Shown here piece after piece: positions 1-9,027 of a stretch of 64,000 nt of DNA. Numbering within the stretch: position 1 is the stretch's first letter; every line of letters starts with the position of its first letter. The stretch is taken from NCBI GenBank assembly GCA_963707915.1, contig OY970178.1:1664001-1728000 (forward strand). The letters run 5' to 3'. A program made the translations under genes and the position numbers. The stretch comes from Candidatus Eiseniibacteriota bacterium (GTDB lineage Bacteria; Eisenbacteria; RBG-16-71-46). The notes under the pieces are model-generated. The model had not been told where the DNA came from, did no database searches, and worked only from the letters and a program-made list of their open reading frames with translations.

Positions 1-240
1 CGGGTCCTGCTTCGTCACCCGCTCGAAGTACTGCCGGTAGCTGTGCAGCCCCAGCGCGCGCAGGCGGCGGGCGAGACGCGAGGCCACCAGCTGCTTCTTC
101 GAGTCGTTGAGCGTGATGCCCGCCTGCTCGAGGATCAGCTTCCGGAAGGCATGGAACTCGGCGTCGTTGATCGCGAAGCCGCCGGGAGGCGCGACCGATC
201 CCCCGGCGTCGGACGCGTCAGAGGTGTCGTGTGCGGTCAT
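1..240 (-). CDS. cheR: chemotaxis methyltransferase CheR, N-terminal part (runs off window)
   Basis: Manual translation from ATG at 240: MTAHDT...INDAEFHAFRKLILEQAGITLNDSKKQLVASRLARRLRALGLHSYRQYF, a typical CheR N-domain; lies downstream of MCP genes. Confidence 0.9.
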   Translation of the reverse strand, partial: MTAHDTSDASDAGGSVAPPGGFAINDAEFHAFRKLILEQAGITLNDSKKQLVASRLARRLRALGLHSYRQYFERVTKQDP

Positions 241-330
241 CCGCGGTCTCCAGGACGGGGAAGCGCCTCCAGGCGACGGGCTGCGGCCGGCCGGGGACGC
301 GCGGTCGTCGGGCCGCGCGCCCCCGCCGGT

Positions 331-1197
331 CTCAGTACTCCTCGAAGCCCTTCTCCCACTCGTTGCCACCCTGCGCCGGCGCCACGGCCTTCGCCACCGG
401 TCCCGCCGCCGCGCGCTTCTCCGGCCGCCCGCCGCCCGCCTTCGCCGCCGTCCGCGCCACCGCCCCCTTGGTCCCCTGCCCGCCCAGCTTGAAGCGCGAC
501 ACCAGCGTCTGCAGTTGCTCCGCCTGGCTCGCCAGCCCCTCCGCCGTCGCGTTCAGCTCCTCGGTCTGCGACGCGTTCGACTGCGTCACCTGGTCCATCT
601 GCGTCACCGCCTTGTTCACCTGGTCGATCCCCGACGACTGCTCCCGGCTCGCCGCCGCGATCTCCGACACGATGTCCGTCACCCGCTTCACCGACGTCAC
701 GATCTCGCTCAGCGTCTGTCCCGACTGGTTCACCAGCTCCGTCCCGCCCTCCACCTTCCGCACCGAGTCCTGGATCAGGTTCTTGATCTCCTTCGCCGAC
801 GTCGCCGAGCGCTGCGCCAGGTTCCGCACCTCGGTCGCCACCACCGCGAACCCCCGCCCCTGCTCCCCCGCCCGCGCCGCTTCCACCGCCGCGTTCAGCG
901 CCAGCAGGTTGGTCTGGAACGCGATCTCGTCGATCGTCCCGATGATGTCCGCGATCTGCTTCGACGACTGGTTGATCGCCGCCATCGCCTCCACCGCCGT
1001 GCTCACCACCCGCCCGCCCTTCTCCGCCACCTCCCGCGACCCGTTCGCCAGCTGGTTCGCCTGCTGCGCGTTGTCCGCGTTCTGCTTCACCGTCGAGGTG
1101 ATCTCCTCCAGGCTCGCCGCCGTCTCCTCCAGGCTCGACGCCTGCTCCTGCGCCCCCGACGAGATCTGCCCCGCCCCCGCGCTCAGCTGCTGCGAGG
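331..1197. repeat. MCP signalling-domain repeat copy 1 (near-identical to 6221-7087; 490-1187 also matches 4482-5179)
   Basis: Direct comparison of the copies shows only a handful of transitions. Confidence 0.95.
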
Positions 1198-1999
1198 AGT
1201 CCCGCACCGCGAGTGCCGACTGCGCCACCTCGCTCATCACCCCGCGGATGGACGTCACCGCCAGGTCGAGGGAGCGCGTCATGCGCCCGAGCTCGTCCGA
1301 CGAACGGTCCTCGATGTGGGCGCTCAGGTCGCCCTTGGCGAGCTCCGCGATGGCCTTCTCGACGCCGGCGATCGGCGTGGTGATGCTCCGCGCCAGCGAG
1401 AGGCCGAACAGCAGGTACAGCACGCCCAGCACGACGGAGGCGATGAGCAACCCGCGCCGGCCCGTGTTGACGACCGCCCGGGTGTCCGCACTCGCCTTGT
1501 CCGCCTCGTGCTTGACCAGCTCTTCCAGGGCCTCGTTGGGCGCACGGTCCTGCCCCTTGACCATCTTGTCCGAGGTCGCCGGGTCCTGCCCGCCGCCCGC
1601 GGCGAACGCCTTCAGCGAGGCGCGGTAGCCCTCGCCCATCGTCCGGTGCGCACCGGCGAACTTCTCGAGCAGCGCAGCGGTGGCGGGGTCGTTTGCGGCC
1701 TTGATCAGGGTCGCCGCGGAGTCCTGGACCGCCTTCTCCTCGGCGAAGAAGGCGTCGCGGTGCTTGGCGTAGGCCTCGGGATCGCTGCCCCGGAGCAGGA
1801 TGTTCTTCCACTCCTGGACCTGCGTCTTCAGGTGCACCTGCATGGCGCGCGTCCCGTCCTGCGTGGTGGTCTCGCTCGCGAACAGGGCGAAGCCGCTCTC
1901 GAACGTCCACAGCATCCATCCGCCCATCAGGACGGTCATGACCAGTCCGACCACCACGAGCAGGCCCAGCCGCTTGCTGATGTCAATCTTCCTCAACAT
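332..1999 (-). CDS. methyl-accepting chemotaxis protein (2 TM, periplasmic helical sensor, HAMP, C-terminal pentapeptide)
   Basis: [33 protein letters not shown] signalling hairpin; sensor motif [12 protein letters not shown]; ends WEKGFEEY. Confidence 0.97.
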   Translation of the reverse strand: MLRKIDISKRLGLLVVVGLVMTVLMGGWMLWTFESGFALFASETTTQDGTRAMQVHLKTQVQEWKNILLRGSDPEAYAKHRDAFFAEEKAVQDSAATLIKAANDPATAALLEKFAGAHRTMGEGYRASLKAFAAGGGQDPATSDKMVKGQDRAPNEALEELVKHEADKASADTRAVVNTGRRGLLIASVVLGVLYLLFGLSLARSITTPIAGVEKAIAELAKGDLSAHIEDRSSDELGRMTRSLDLAVTSIRGVMSEVAQSALAVRDSSQQLSAGAGQISSGAQEQASSLEETAASLEEITSTVKQNADNAQQANQLANGSREVAEKGGRVVSTAVEAMAAINQSSKQIADIIGTIDEIAFQTNLLALNAAVEAARAGEQGRGFAVVATEVRNLAQRSATSAKEIKNLIQDSVRKVEGGTELVNQSGQTLSEIVTSVKRVTDIVSEIAAASREQSSGIDQVNKAVTQMDQVTQSNASQTEELNATAEGLASQAEQLQTLVSRFKLGGQGTKGAVARTAAKAGGGRPEKRAAAGPVAKAVAPAQGGNEWEKGFEEY

Positions 2000-2008
2000 G
2001 GCACCCTC

Positions 2009-3727
2009 CTAGAACGAGAGGACGAGTTGGAGGTAGCCCCAGTCGAGGTCCTCACCACCGCCCGTGTTGTCGACGAAATCACCGATCCACAGGTGCGACC
2101 AGCCGCCCGCCAGGCCGAGCCGCGGACGCGGGTCCCACTTGAAGCCCAGGTCGAGCTCCGTGCCGAGGTCCACGCCCGCCGTGCCGGCCGCGGAGCGGCG
2201 CAGCGTGTTGCCCGCGTCGTCCGCCCAGGCGTCGCGCGCCTGCATCAGGCGGAAGCGGTGGAGCTCGGCGCTGGCGCCCCACGACTTGCGCGGCTGCACG
2301 CCGATCACCGCGTTCCAGTCCACGACGTTCGCGCAACCCACCACGTCGAGCGTGCCGAGGTAGCCGTGCCCGCCCCAGTACACCGGGTCGTAGCGCTGGC
2401 TCCTGCCGTCCACCGGGTCCCGGTCGCCCGAGGCGCCGATCCACTCCGTCTGCACCCGCGGCTTCCACCCGCCGGGCAGCTCCATCGCGACGCGCACCGC
2501 GCCGAACCACGCGTCGACGTCGTCGCCGGCGCGGTGGCCGCGCTGCAGGGCCCCTTCGCCGCGGACGTCGAGGCGGCCGCTCGCCAGCCGCAGCCGCAAC
2601 CCGCTGGTGGCGTCGCGGAGGCTGCCCTTCCGCCCGGCCTCCGAGGTGACGCCCGAGTCGCCGAACGAGCGCGCGAAGCTGTAGAGCTCGGCCTCGATCG
2701 TCTTGGAGGGCTTCCAGAGGGCGTCGACGCCCGTGAACAGGCGGTCGCTGCCGGTCAGCCGACCCTCGGAGATCCACGCGAACAGCCCGTCCAGCTGCCA
2801 TTGCTTCGGGGTGAGACGCAGACGCGCGCCGTCCCAGGCGCGGCCCGAGTTCCCCCAGTCCGAGCCGGCGACCACGCGGCCGTCGCCGTACTGGAACACC
2901 TGGCGGCCGATGCGCAGCGCGACCGGGCGGCGCCCGATGCTGTCGACGTCGGCGTAGGCCGTGTACAGGTCCACGTTCGCGAAGGTGCCACCGGGCGAGC
3001 CCGTGGCACCCATGACGCGGGCGTCCTGCAGGCCGAAGTAGCCCTTCACGCCGGGGCCGAGCTTGAAGCCTCCGCCGAAGCGGGTCCGCATCAGCGACTG
3101 GTCGCCGCTCTCGAGCAGCTTCTGCGAGGACGCCCGCTTGTACGATCCGGGCATCCGGTAGTCGAGGATGGAGCGCGCCTCGTAGCGGAAGCGCATGCTG
3201 CCTTCCCAGGCGATCGGAGCCATCGCGGTCGCGAGGGAGGCCGCCCCGGCACTCCCCCCCGGCAGGGTCCTCGGCGGCGCGGCGTCCAGTACCACGTTCG
3301 CCGGGGCGGGGCGCGCCTCCGAGGGCGGGGGCGTGACCGCCGCGACCTGCGTGCCGGCGCCGGGCGCCGCGTCCCCCGCGGGAGCGGACGGCGCCGACGC
3401 GGCGACCGGCGCCGCCGGCTCGGACGGGGCTGCGACGACCGTGGACGCGACGGGCTCGGACGGAGCCGTCGCGGCGGCGGCCGACGAGACGGTCTCCGGC
3501 GCGGCCACCGGGGCCGGCGACGCGGGGGCGTTCAGGGTGGTCACCTTCGCGTGGTGCACGCGGTGCATGGGCCGGCGGTGGGTCACCGGCGCGGCCTTCT
3601 TCGGCGTCACCACGGCTGGGACGGGCTTGGGGGGCGGCGGCTTCAGGTCGTACTCACCCGCCGACGCCAGCGACGCTCCCACCAGCAGCGCCACGGCCAC
3701 CACATCGATCGTCCTGAAGGGACGCAT
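2009..3727 (-). CDS. alginate-export (AlgE-like) family outer-membrane beta-barrel with Pro/Ala-rich N-terminal linker
   Basis: Signal peptide; motifs RFRYE, LMRTRFG, LQDAR, RIGRQVFQYGDGRVV..DWGNSGRAWDG, ASGD, DLGTELDL; ends YLQLVLSF (terminal Phe). Confidence 0.85.
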   Translation of the reverse strand: MRPFRTIDVVAVALLVGASLASAGEYDLKPPPPKPVPAVVTPKKAAPVTHRRPMHRVHHAKVTTLNAPASPAPVAAPETVSSAAAATAPSEPVASTVVAAPSEPAAPVAASAPSAPAGDAAPGAGTQVAAVTPPPSEARPAPANVVLDAAPPRTLPGGSAGAASLATAMAPIAWEGSMRFRYEARSILDYRMPGSYKRASSQKLLESGDQSLMRTRFGGGFKLGPGVKGYFGLQDARVMGATGSPGGTFANVDLYTAYADVDSIGRRPVALRIGRQVFQYGDGRVVAGSDWGNSGRAWDGARLRLTPKQWQLDGLFAWISEGRLTGSDRLFTGVDALWKPSKTIEAELYSFARSFGDSGVTSEAGRKGSLRDATSGLRLRLASGRLDVRGEGALQRGHRAGDDVDAWFGAVRVAMELPGGWKPRVQTEWIGASGDRDPVDGRSQRYDPVYWGGHGYLGTLDVVGCANVVDWNAVIGVQPRKSWGASAELHRFRLMQARDAWADDAGNTLRRSAAGTAGVDLGTELDLGFKWDPRPRLGLAGGWSHLWIGDFVDNTGGGEDLDWGYLQLVLSF

Positions 3728-3854
3728 TCCGACACTCCTACGGTTGAGCGCGGAACTCGCCGCGCCGGCCTTCCCGACTCGCCGCCATCGCTCGCGCCCG
3801 CCCGCTCGACCGGGCCCGGCGACCTGCGCGGACGACCCTCCCGGTGCCCGCCGG

Positions 3855-4346
3855 TCACGCGGCGAGGTTCTTCTCCAGCGTCTCTTTCCCCAGCAGTTCC
3901 TCGATGTCCAGCAGCGCGATCAGCCGCTCCGCCGTCTTCGCCATCCCCTTCAGGTAGGTGATGTCCGCGCCGCTGCCCAGGTCGGGCCGCGGCTCGATGT
4001 CGTTGCCCGGGATGTCCAGCACGTCCGAGACCGCGTCCACGACCAGCCCGAACACCTTGGATCCGACCGTCACCACGATCACCACCGTGAACTGGTCGTT
4101 CTCCGTCGCGGGCATCCCGAGCCGCGCCCGCAGGTCCGCCACCGGCACGACCGTCCCGCGCAGGTTCATCACCCCGCGGACGAACGCAGGCGCGTTCGGG
4201 ATCGGCGTCGGAGGCGTGTATCCCTTGATCTCCTGCACCTTCAGGATCTCGATCCCGTACTGCTCCTGCCCCAGCATGAAGGTCAGGTACTGGTGCACGT
4301 CGTCGTCGAACACCCCACCGGTGTTCCGCGACAGTCCCATGTCCAT
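3855..4346 (-). CDS. cheW: chemotaxis adaptor CheW
   Basis: [22 protein letters not shown]...[13 protein letters not shown]...[18 protein letters not shown]. Confidence 0.96.
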   Translation of the reverse strand: MDMGLSRNTGGVFDDDVHQYLTFMLGQEQYGIEILKVQEIKGYTPPTPIPNAPAFVRGVMNLRGTVVPVADLRARLGMPATENDQFTVVIVVTVGSKVFGLVVDAVSDVLDIPGNDIEPRPDLGSGADITYLKGMAKTAERLIALLDIEELLGKETLEKNLAA

Positions 4347-4460
4347 CGTCGTCTCCTTCTCCGCGGCCTGCCGCGAGCTGGAATGTGCCGGGCCCGTCCC
4401 CCGTCGTGGCCGCGGCCACGGGCACGGTGGGCGGGGCGCCTCGCCGACGTCCTTGTTCCG

Positions 4461-6026
4461 CTACGCCTGTGCGTCCAGCCTGAAGCGCGACACCAGCGTC
4501 TGCAGCTGCTCCGCCTGGCTCGCCAGCCCCTCCGCCGTCGCGTTCAGCTCCTCGGTCTGCGACGCATTCGACTGCGTCACCTGGTCCATCTGCGTCACCG
4601 CCTTGTTCACCTGGTCGATCCCCGACGACTGCTCCCGGCTCGCCGCCGCGATCTCCGACACGATGTCCGTCACCCGCTTCACCGACGTCACGATCTCGCT
4701 CAGCGTCTGCCCCGACTGGTTCACCAGCTCCGTCCCGCCCTCCACCTTCCGCACTGAGTCCTGGATCAGGTTCTTGATCTCCTTCGCCGACGTCGCCGAG
4801 CGCTGCGCCAGGTTCCGCACCTCGGTCGCCACCACCGCGAACCCCCGCCCCTGCTCCCCCGCCCGCGCCGCTTCCACCGCCGCGTTCAGCGCCAGCAGGT
4901 TGGTCTGGAACGCGATCTCGTCGATCGTCCCGATGATGTCCGCGATCTGCTTCGACGACTGGTTGATCGCCGCCATCGCCTCCACCGCCGTGCTCACCAC
5001 CCGCCCGCCCTTCTCCGCCACCTCCCGCGACCCGTTCGCCAGCTGGTTCGCCTGCTGCGCGTTGTCCGCGTTCTGCTTCACCGTCGAGGTGATCTCCTCC
5101 AGGCTCGCCGCCGTCTCCTCCAGGCTCGACGCCTGCTCCTGCGCCCCCGACGAGATCTGCCCCGCCCCCGCGCTCAGCTCCCGGGACGCGGTGGCCAGCG
5201 CCAAGGCCGAGCCGCGCACCTCCTGCAGCGAGCCCCTCATCCGGTCGACCGCGCGATCCAGCGCGGCCGCCATGCGGCCCACCTCGTCGCGCGTGTCGAT
5301 CGCCAGGCGCTCGGTGAGGTCGCCTTCGGCCACCTGCTCGAGCACGGCGGTGGCGCGGGCGATCGGGCGGGCCACCTGCTCGGCGATGAGCACCCCGAGC
5401 CCGAGCCCCCCGGCGATCGCCGCCGCGATGAGCACGAGGAGGGCCGCCCGCGTGCGGCGGGCGGCCGCCGCGCTCGACGCCACCCGGCTCTTCATCGCCG
5501 CGCGCAGGTCCGTGTCCAGCTCGGCGAGCGCCTTGCGCATGTCGCCCGCCGCCGAGCGATTGCCCGCCATGATGGTCTTCGCACCCTCGAGATCACCCGC
5601 GGCCGAGCGGCGGCTGATGTTCCGCACGTCCTGGCTCCAGCCGGCGAAGAGCTCCGAGACGCGGGCCACGAGCGGGGTCTGCGTGGTGGTGAGCTTCGCG
5701 CCGCCGAGGACCGCGAGACCGTCGGACGCGATCTGGAGCGCGGCGTCGGCGTCCTGGACGCTCTTCTGCGCGGCCTCCGTGCCGGGGAACAGCATCGCGT
5801 TGCGGAAATGGCGGCCCGCGTCGTTGAGGCCCGCCTTCACGTCCGCCGTCGCCGTGATGAGCGGGAAGTCCCGCTCCTGGATCTGCGCGGATGCGAGCTC
5901 CTGCCCGGCCATCCCGCGGACCGACAGGCCACCGACCAACGCCGTCAACCCTGCCGCCAGCGCGAAGGCGACCAGCAGCTTCGCCCTCATCTGGAGGTTC
6001 TGGAACCACCGCGCGGCCCATCGCAT
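4461..6026 (-). CDS. methyl-accepting chemotaxis protein (4HB-type sensor, no pentapeptide)
   Basis: Start [11 protein letters not shown] (ATG 6026, GGGAG RBS); 2 TM, HAMP, MCP signalling domain; ends FRLDAQA. Confidence 0.95.
   Translation of the reverse strand: MRWAARWFQNLQMRAKLLVAFALAAGLTALVGGLSVRGMAGQELASAQIQERDFPLITATADVKAGLNDAGRHFRNAMLFPGTEAAQKSVQDADAALQIASDGLAVLGGAKLTTTQTPLVARVSELFAGWSQDVRNISRRSAAGDLEGAKTIMAGNRSAAGDMRKALAELDTDLRAAMKSRVASSAAAARRTRAALLVLIAAAIAGGLGLGVLIAEQVARPIARATAVLEQVAEGDLTERLAIDTRDEVGRMAAALDRAVDRMRGSLQEVRGSALALATASRELSAGAGQISSGAQEQASSLEETAASLEEITSTVKQNADNAQQANQLANGSREVAEKGGRVVSTAVEAMAAINQSSKQIADIIGTIDEIAFQTNLLALNAAVEAARAGEQGRGFAVVATEVRNLAQRSATSAKEIKNLIQDSVRKVEGGTELVNQSGQTLSEIVTSVKRVTDIVSEIAAASREQSSGIDQVNKAVTQMDQVTQSNASQTEELNATAEGLASQAEQLQTLVSRFRLDAQA
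4482..5179. repeat. MCP signalling-domain repeat copy 2
   Basis: Near-identical to 490-1187 and 6380-7077. Confidence 0.93.
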
Positions 6027-6220
6027 CTCAGCTCTCCCTCCTGCGCCCGCGCGGATGTGAGGGGCCGCCGGGGCATCCGTTCCGCCGGGCGCGCCCACGG
6101 AGCGCCTCACTGCCGCTCCGCCGGCGGGGCGGCCGCACCGCGCCGTCCCCCGCGCCCACTCCTCGACCGCCGGGCGACCCTCCACGCGGTCGCCCCCGGG
6201 CCGTACTCGTTTCCGCCGCT

Positions 6221-7087
6221 CTCAGTACTCCTCGAAGCCCTTCTCCCACTCGTTGCCGCCCTGCGCCGGCGCCGCGGCCTTCGCCACCGGTCCCGTCGCC
6301 GCGCGCTTCTCCGGCCGCCCGCCGCCCGCCTTCGCCGCCGTCCGCGCCACCGCCCCCTTGGTCCCCTGCCCGCCCAGCTTGAAGCGCGACACCAGCGTCT
6401 GCAGCTGCTCCGCCTGGCTCGCCAGCCCCTCCGCCGTCGCGTTCAGCTCCTCGGTCTGCGACGCGTTCGACTGCGTCACCTGGTCCATCTGCGTCACCGC
6501 CTTGTTCACCTGGTCGATCCCCGACGACTGCTCCCGGCTCGCCGCCGCGATCTCCGACACGATGTCCGTCACCCGCTTCACCGACGTCACGATCTCGCTC
6601 AGCGTCTGTCCCGACTGGTTCACCAGCTCCGTCCCGCCCTCCACCTTCCGCACCGAGTCCTGGATCAGGTTCTTGATCTCCTTCGCCGACGTCGCCGAGC
6701 GCTGCGCCAGGTTCCGCACCTCGGTCGCCACCACCGCGAACCCCCGCCCCTGCTCCCCCGCCCGCGCCGCTTCCACCGCCGCGTTCAGCGCCAGCAGGTT
6801 GGTCTGGAACGCGATCTCGTCGATCGTCCCGATGATGTCCGCGATCTGCTTCGACGACTGGTTGATCGCCGCCATCGCCTCCACCGCCGTGCTCACCACC
6901 CGCCCGCCCTTCTCCGCCACCTCCCGCGACCCGTTCGCCAGCTGGTTCGCCTGCTGCGCGTTGTCCGCGTTCTGCTTCACCGTCGAGGTGATCTCCTCCA
7001 GGCTCGCCGCCGTCTCCTCCAGGCTCGACGCCTGCTCCTGCGCCCCCGACGAGATCTGCCCCGCCCCCGCGCCCAGCTGCTGCGAGG
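6221..7087. repeat. MCP signalling-domain repeat copy 3
   Basis: Near-identical to 331-1197, including the tail and stop codon. Confidence 0.95.
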
Positions 7088-7913
7088 CCGAGGCCACCGC
7101 CTGGCTGGCCTGCGCCACCTGCTGCATGTTCTCCTCGAAGACCTTCATCATGACGTTGAGCTGCTCGCCCATCTGCCCGAGCTCGTCCCTGGACGTCACG
7201 TTCACCCGCACCGTCAGGTCGCCGGTCGCCGCGGTCGTCGCCCGCTCGACCACGTGCATCAGCGGGCCGGTGATGGCGCGCGAGATCATGAAGCCGAGGA
7301 AGATCGACAGCAGCACCGTCACCGCGAGGAACGCGACCAGCATGCCTCGCGTGCGCTGGAAGTTCTGGCTCTGCGCGACGGCTTCCCGCTCCATCGCGGC
7401 GGTCTTGTTGGCGAGGATCTTCTCCAGGTCGTCGTTGGCCGCCTGGGCGTTGGCCTTGTTGGCCGTCACGCTCTCCAGGCCCTTGAGGCTCTCGTTGGCC
7501 AGCGACTGGGCCCACGCCGCGTCGTTCCCGCTCTTCCAGGCGTCGTACGTCTTGCGCGTGTCGGCCATGATCGCCTTGACCTCGTCGCTGACCAGGCACT
7601 TCTCACCCTCGTCCAGGCTCTTCGCGAGCTGGACGGACAGCTCGTCGTACTTCTTCTTCTCGGCCTGCACCTCGGCCGGGTCGGTGGCGAGCAGGCTCTG
7701 CGCGGTCAGGGTGCGCATGCTGTTGAACGCGATCCCGGCCTGCGCGAAGGTGCGCACGCCCTCGAAGTGCATGGTCTTGACCGTGTCGAAGCGCTTGTCC
7801 TCCTTCGACAGCGAAGTGACCGCGACCAGGCCGACCGCCAGGGTCAGCAGGGCGACCGTCAGGAAGCCTCCCACCAGCTTCTGCCCGACCTTCAGGTTGT
7901 TGAACCAGTTCAT
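6222..7913 (-). CDS. methyl-accepting chemotaxis protein (4HB-type sensor, C-terminal pentapeptide)
   Basis: [13 protein letters not shown] start, 2 TM, HAMP, signalling hairpin, ends WEKGFEEY. Confidence 0.97.
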   Translation of the reverse strand: MNWFNNLKVGQKLVGGFLTVALLTLAVGLVAVTSLSKEDKRFDTVKTMHFEGVRTFAQAGIAFNSMRTLTAQSLLATDPAEVQAEKKKYDELSVQLAKSLDEGEKCLVSDEVKAIMADTRKTYDAWKSGNDAAWAQSLANESLKGLESVTANKANAQAANDDLEKILANKTAAMEREAVAQSQNFQRTRGMLVAFLAVTVLLSIFLGFMISRAITGPLMHVVERATTAATGDLTVRVNVTSRDELGQMGEQLNVMMKVFEENMQQVAQASQAVASASQQLGAGAGQISSGAQEQASSLEETAASLEEITSTVKQNADNAQQANQLANGSREVAEKGGRVVSTAVEAMAAINQSSKQIADIIGTIDEIAFQTNLLALNAAVEAARAGEQGRGFAVVATEVRNLAQRSATSAKEIKNLIQDSVRKVEGGTELVNQSGQTLSEIVTSVKRVTDIVSEIAAASREQSSGIDQVNKAVTQMDQVTQSNASQTEELNATAEGLASQAEQLQTLVSRFKLGGQGTKGAVARTAAKAGGGRPEKRAATGPVAKAAAPAQGGNEWEKGFEEY

Positions 7914-7947
7914 CGTCCTATCCTCCCTGGAATCGTCCGGGCCCTCT

Positions 7948-8436
7948 TCAACGGGCGACTGCCATCGGGCCGAGTGCGTCCTCGCCGATGAGCTTGTCGA
8001 TATCGAGCAGCGCGATCAGCTTGTCGTCCGACTTCGCCATCCCGGTCATGAACGAGGTGTCCACGTCCCGGCCCAGCGCGGGCGTGGCCTCGATCGCCGC
8101 GCGCGGGATGTCCAGCACGTCGGAGACCGCGTCCACCACCAGGCCGAACACCCGCGTGCCGACCGTCACCACGATCACCACGGTGAACCGGTTGTACTCG
8201 GCCTCGCTCATCGCGAACTTGGTGCGCAGGTCCACCACCGGCACCACCGTCCCGCGCAGGTTGATCACGCCCTTGATGTAGGCCGGCGCGTTCGGGATCG
8301 GCGTGAAGGCGGTGTACCCCTTGATCTCTTGCACCTTCAGGATCTCGATGCCGTACTCCTCGGCGCCGAGCGTGAAGGTGAGGAACTGGTTGCCGTCCGC
8401 TCCGGTCCCGGAGACGTCCTGCCCGGCTCTCTCCAT
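7948..8436 (-). CDS. cheW: chemotaxis adaptor CheW
   Basis: MERAGQD...[25 protein letters not shown]...[16 protein letters not shown]. Confidence 0.96.
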   Translation of the reverse strand: MERAGQDVSGTGADGNQFLTFTLGAEEYGIEILKVQEIKGYTAFTPIPNAPAYIKGVINLRGTVVPVVDLRTKFAMSEAEYNRFTVVIVVTVGTRVFGLVVDAVSDVLDIPRAAIEATPALGRDVDTSFMTGMAKSDDKLIALLDIDKLIGEDALGPMAVAR

Positions 8437-8531
8437 GTCCTTGTCCCTTCGTCTAGAGGCGGCCCACGTGCGGCACGGAGGTCCGGGCACGAGCGCAAGC
8501 GCAGGCCCGGGCCAGCCCTGCCCATCCCGGA

Positions 8532-8558
8532 GTGTCGCCACGGCGGGCACGTCCTTGA
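8532..8558 (-). promoter_or_regulatory. putative sigma-28 promoter of the cheW-mcp operon
   Basis: TCAA-N15-GGCGACAC on the minus strand, same spacing as five other sites in the window but a weaker -10. Confidence 0.5.
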
Positions 8559-8691
8559 GCGGACGGAGCGGCCGTCGTGCAATCCGCACGACGACGCCGG
8601 GTCGGCAGGCGGGGGACGGCACCGGGGAACGCGAATCTCTGGCGTCGCGGGAGCCCCGGGGTCTACCATGGTGTCCAGGAAGGAGGACGCC

Positions 8692-9012
8692 ATGGACATC
8701 GCCGGCTACGACCAGACGCTGGAGCAGCTCCGGTCCCGCATCGCCGCGCTGCCCCCCGAAGCGCGCGCCGCGCTCGAGTCGCTGGCGGACGAGACCGCCG
8801 CGCGCCAGCGGGAGATCGCCGCGACGCACGCCGAGACGCTCGGGCTCGCCCGGGACTACGACGCGGCGGCCGCGCGCTTCCGCGACGCCGCGGCCCGCAT
8901 GGCGGGCTCGACGGCGCACGTGCTGGACAAGATCCAGGACGCTCTCATCGATCTCAACTTCGTCGCCCTGGACCTCGAGTCGCGCAACCGCGAACGGGGC
9001 GGTCCCCGCTAG
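8692..9012 (+). CDS. small helical/coiled-coil hypothetical protein (106 aa)
   Basis: AGGAGG RBS at 8681-8686, ATG at 8692, GC3-rich codons; MDIAGYDQTLEQLRSRIAALPPEARAALESLADET...DLESRNRE. Confidence 0.75.
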   Translation: MDIAGYDQTLEQLRSRIAALPPEARAALESLADETAARQREIAATHAETLGLARDYDAAAARFRDAAARMAGSTAHVLDKIQDALIDLNFVALDLESRNRERGGPR

Positions 9013-9027
9013 GGTCCCCCGCGGGCC

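Noticed and set aside
331..7087. MCP repeats as a diversity-generating retroelement or CRISPR-like array
   Set aside because: No reverse transcriptase is present, the differences are not adenine-specific, the repeats lie in the conserved domain, and there is no repeat-spacer periodicity.
107..9012. Very long plus-strand ORFs (1284, 700, 727 and 919 aa) opposite the MCP genes
   Set aside because: They are antisense shadows of GC3-biased genes, with Arg/Pro/Ser-rich nonsense translations. Only the last 106 codons of the 919-aa ORF look real.
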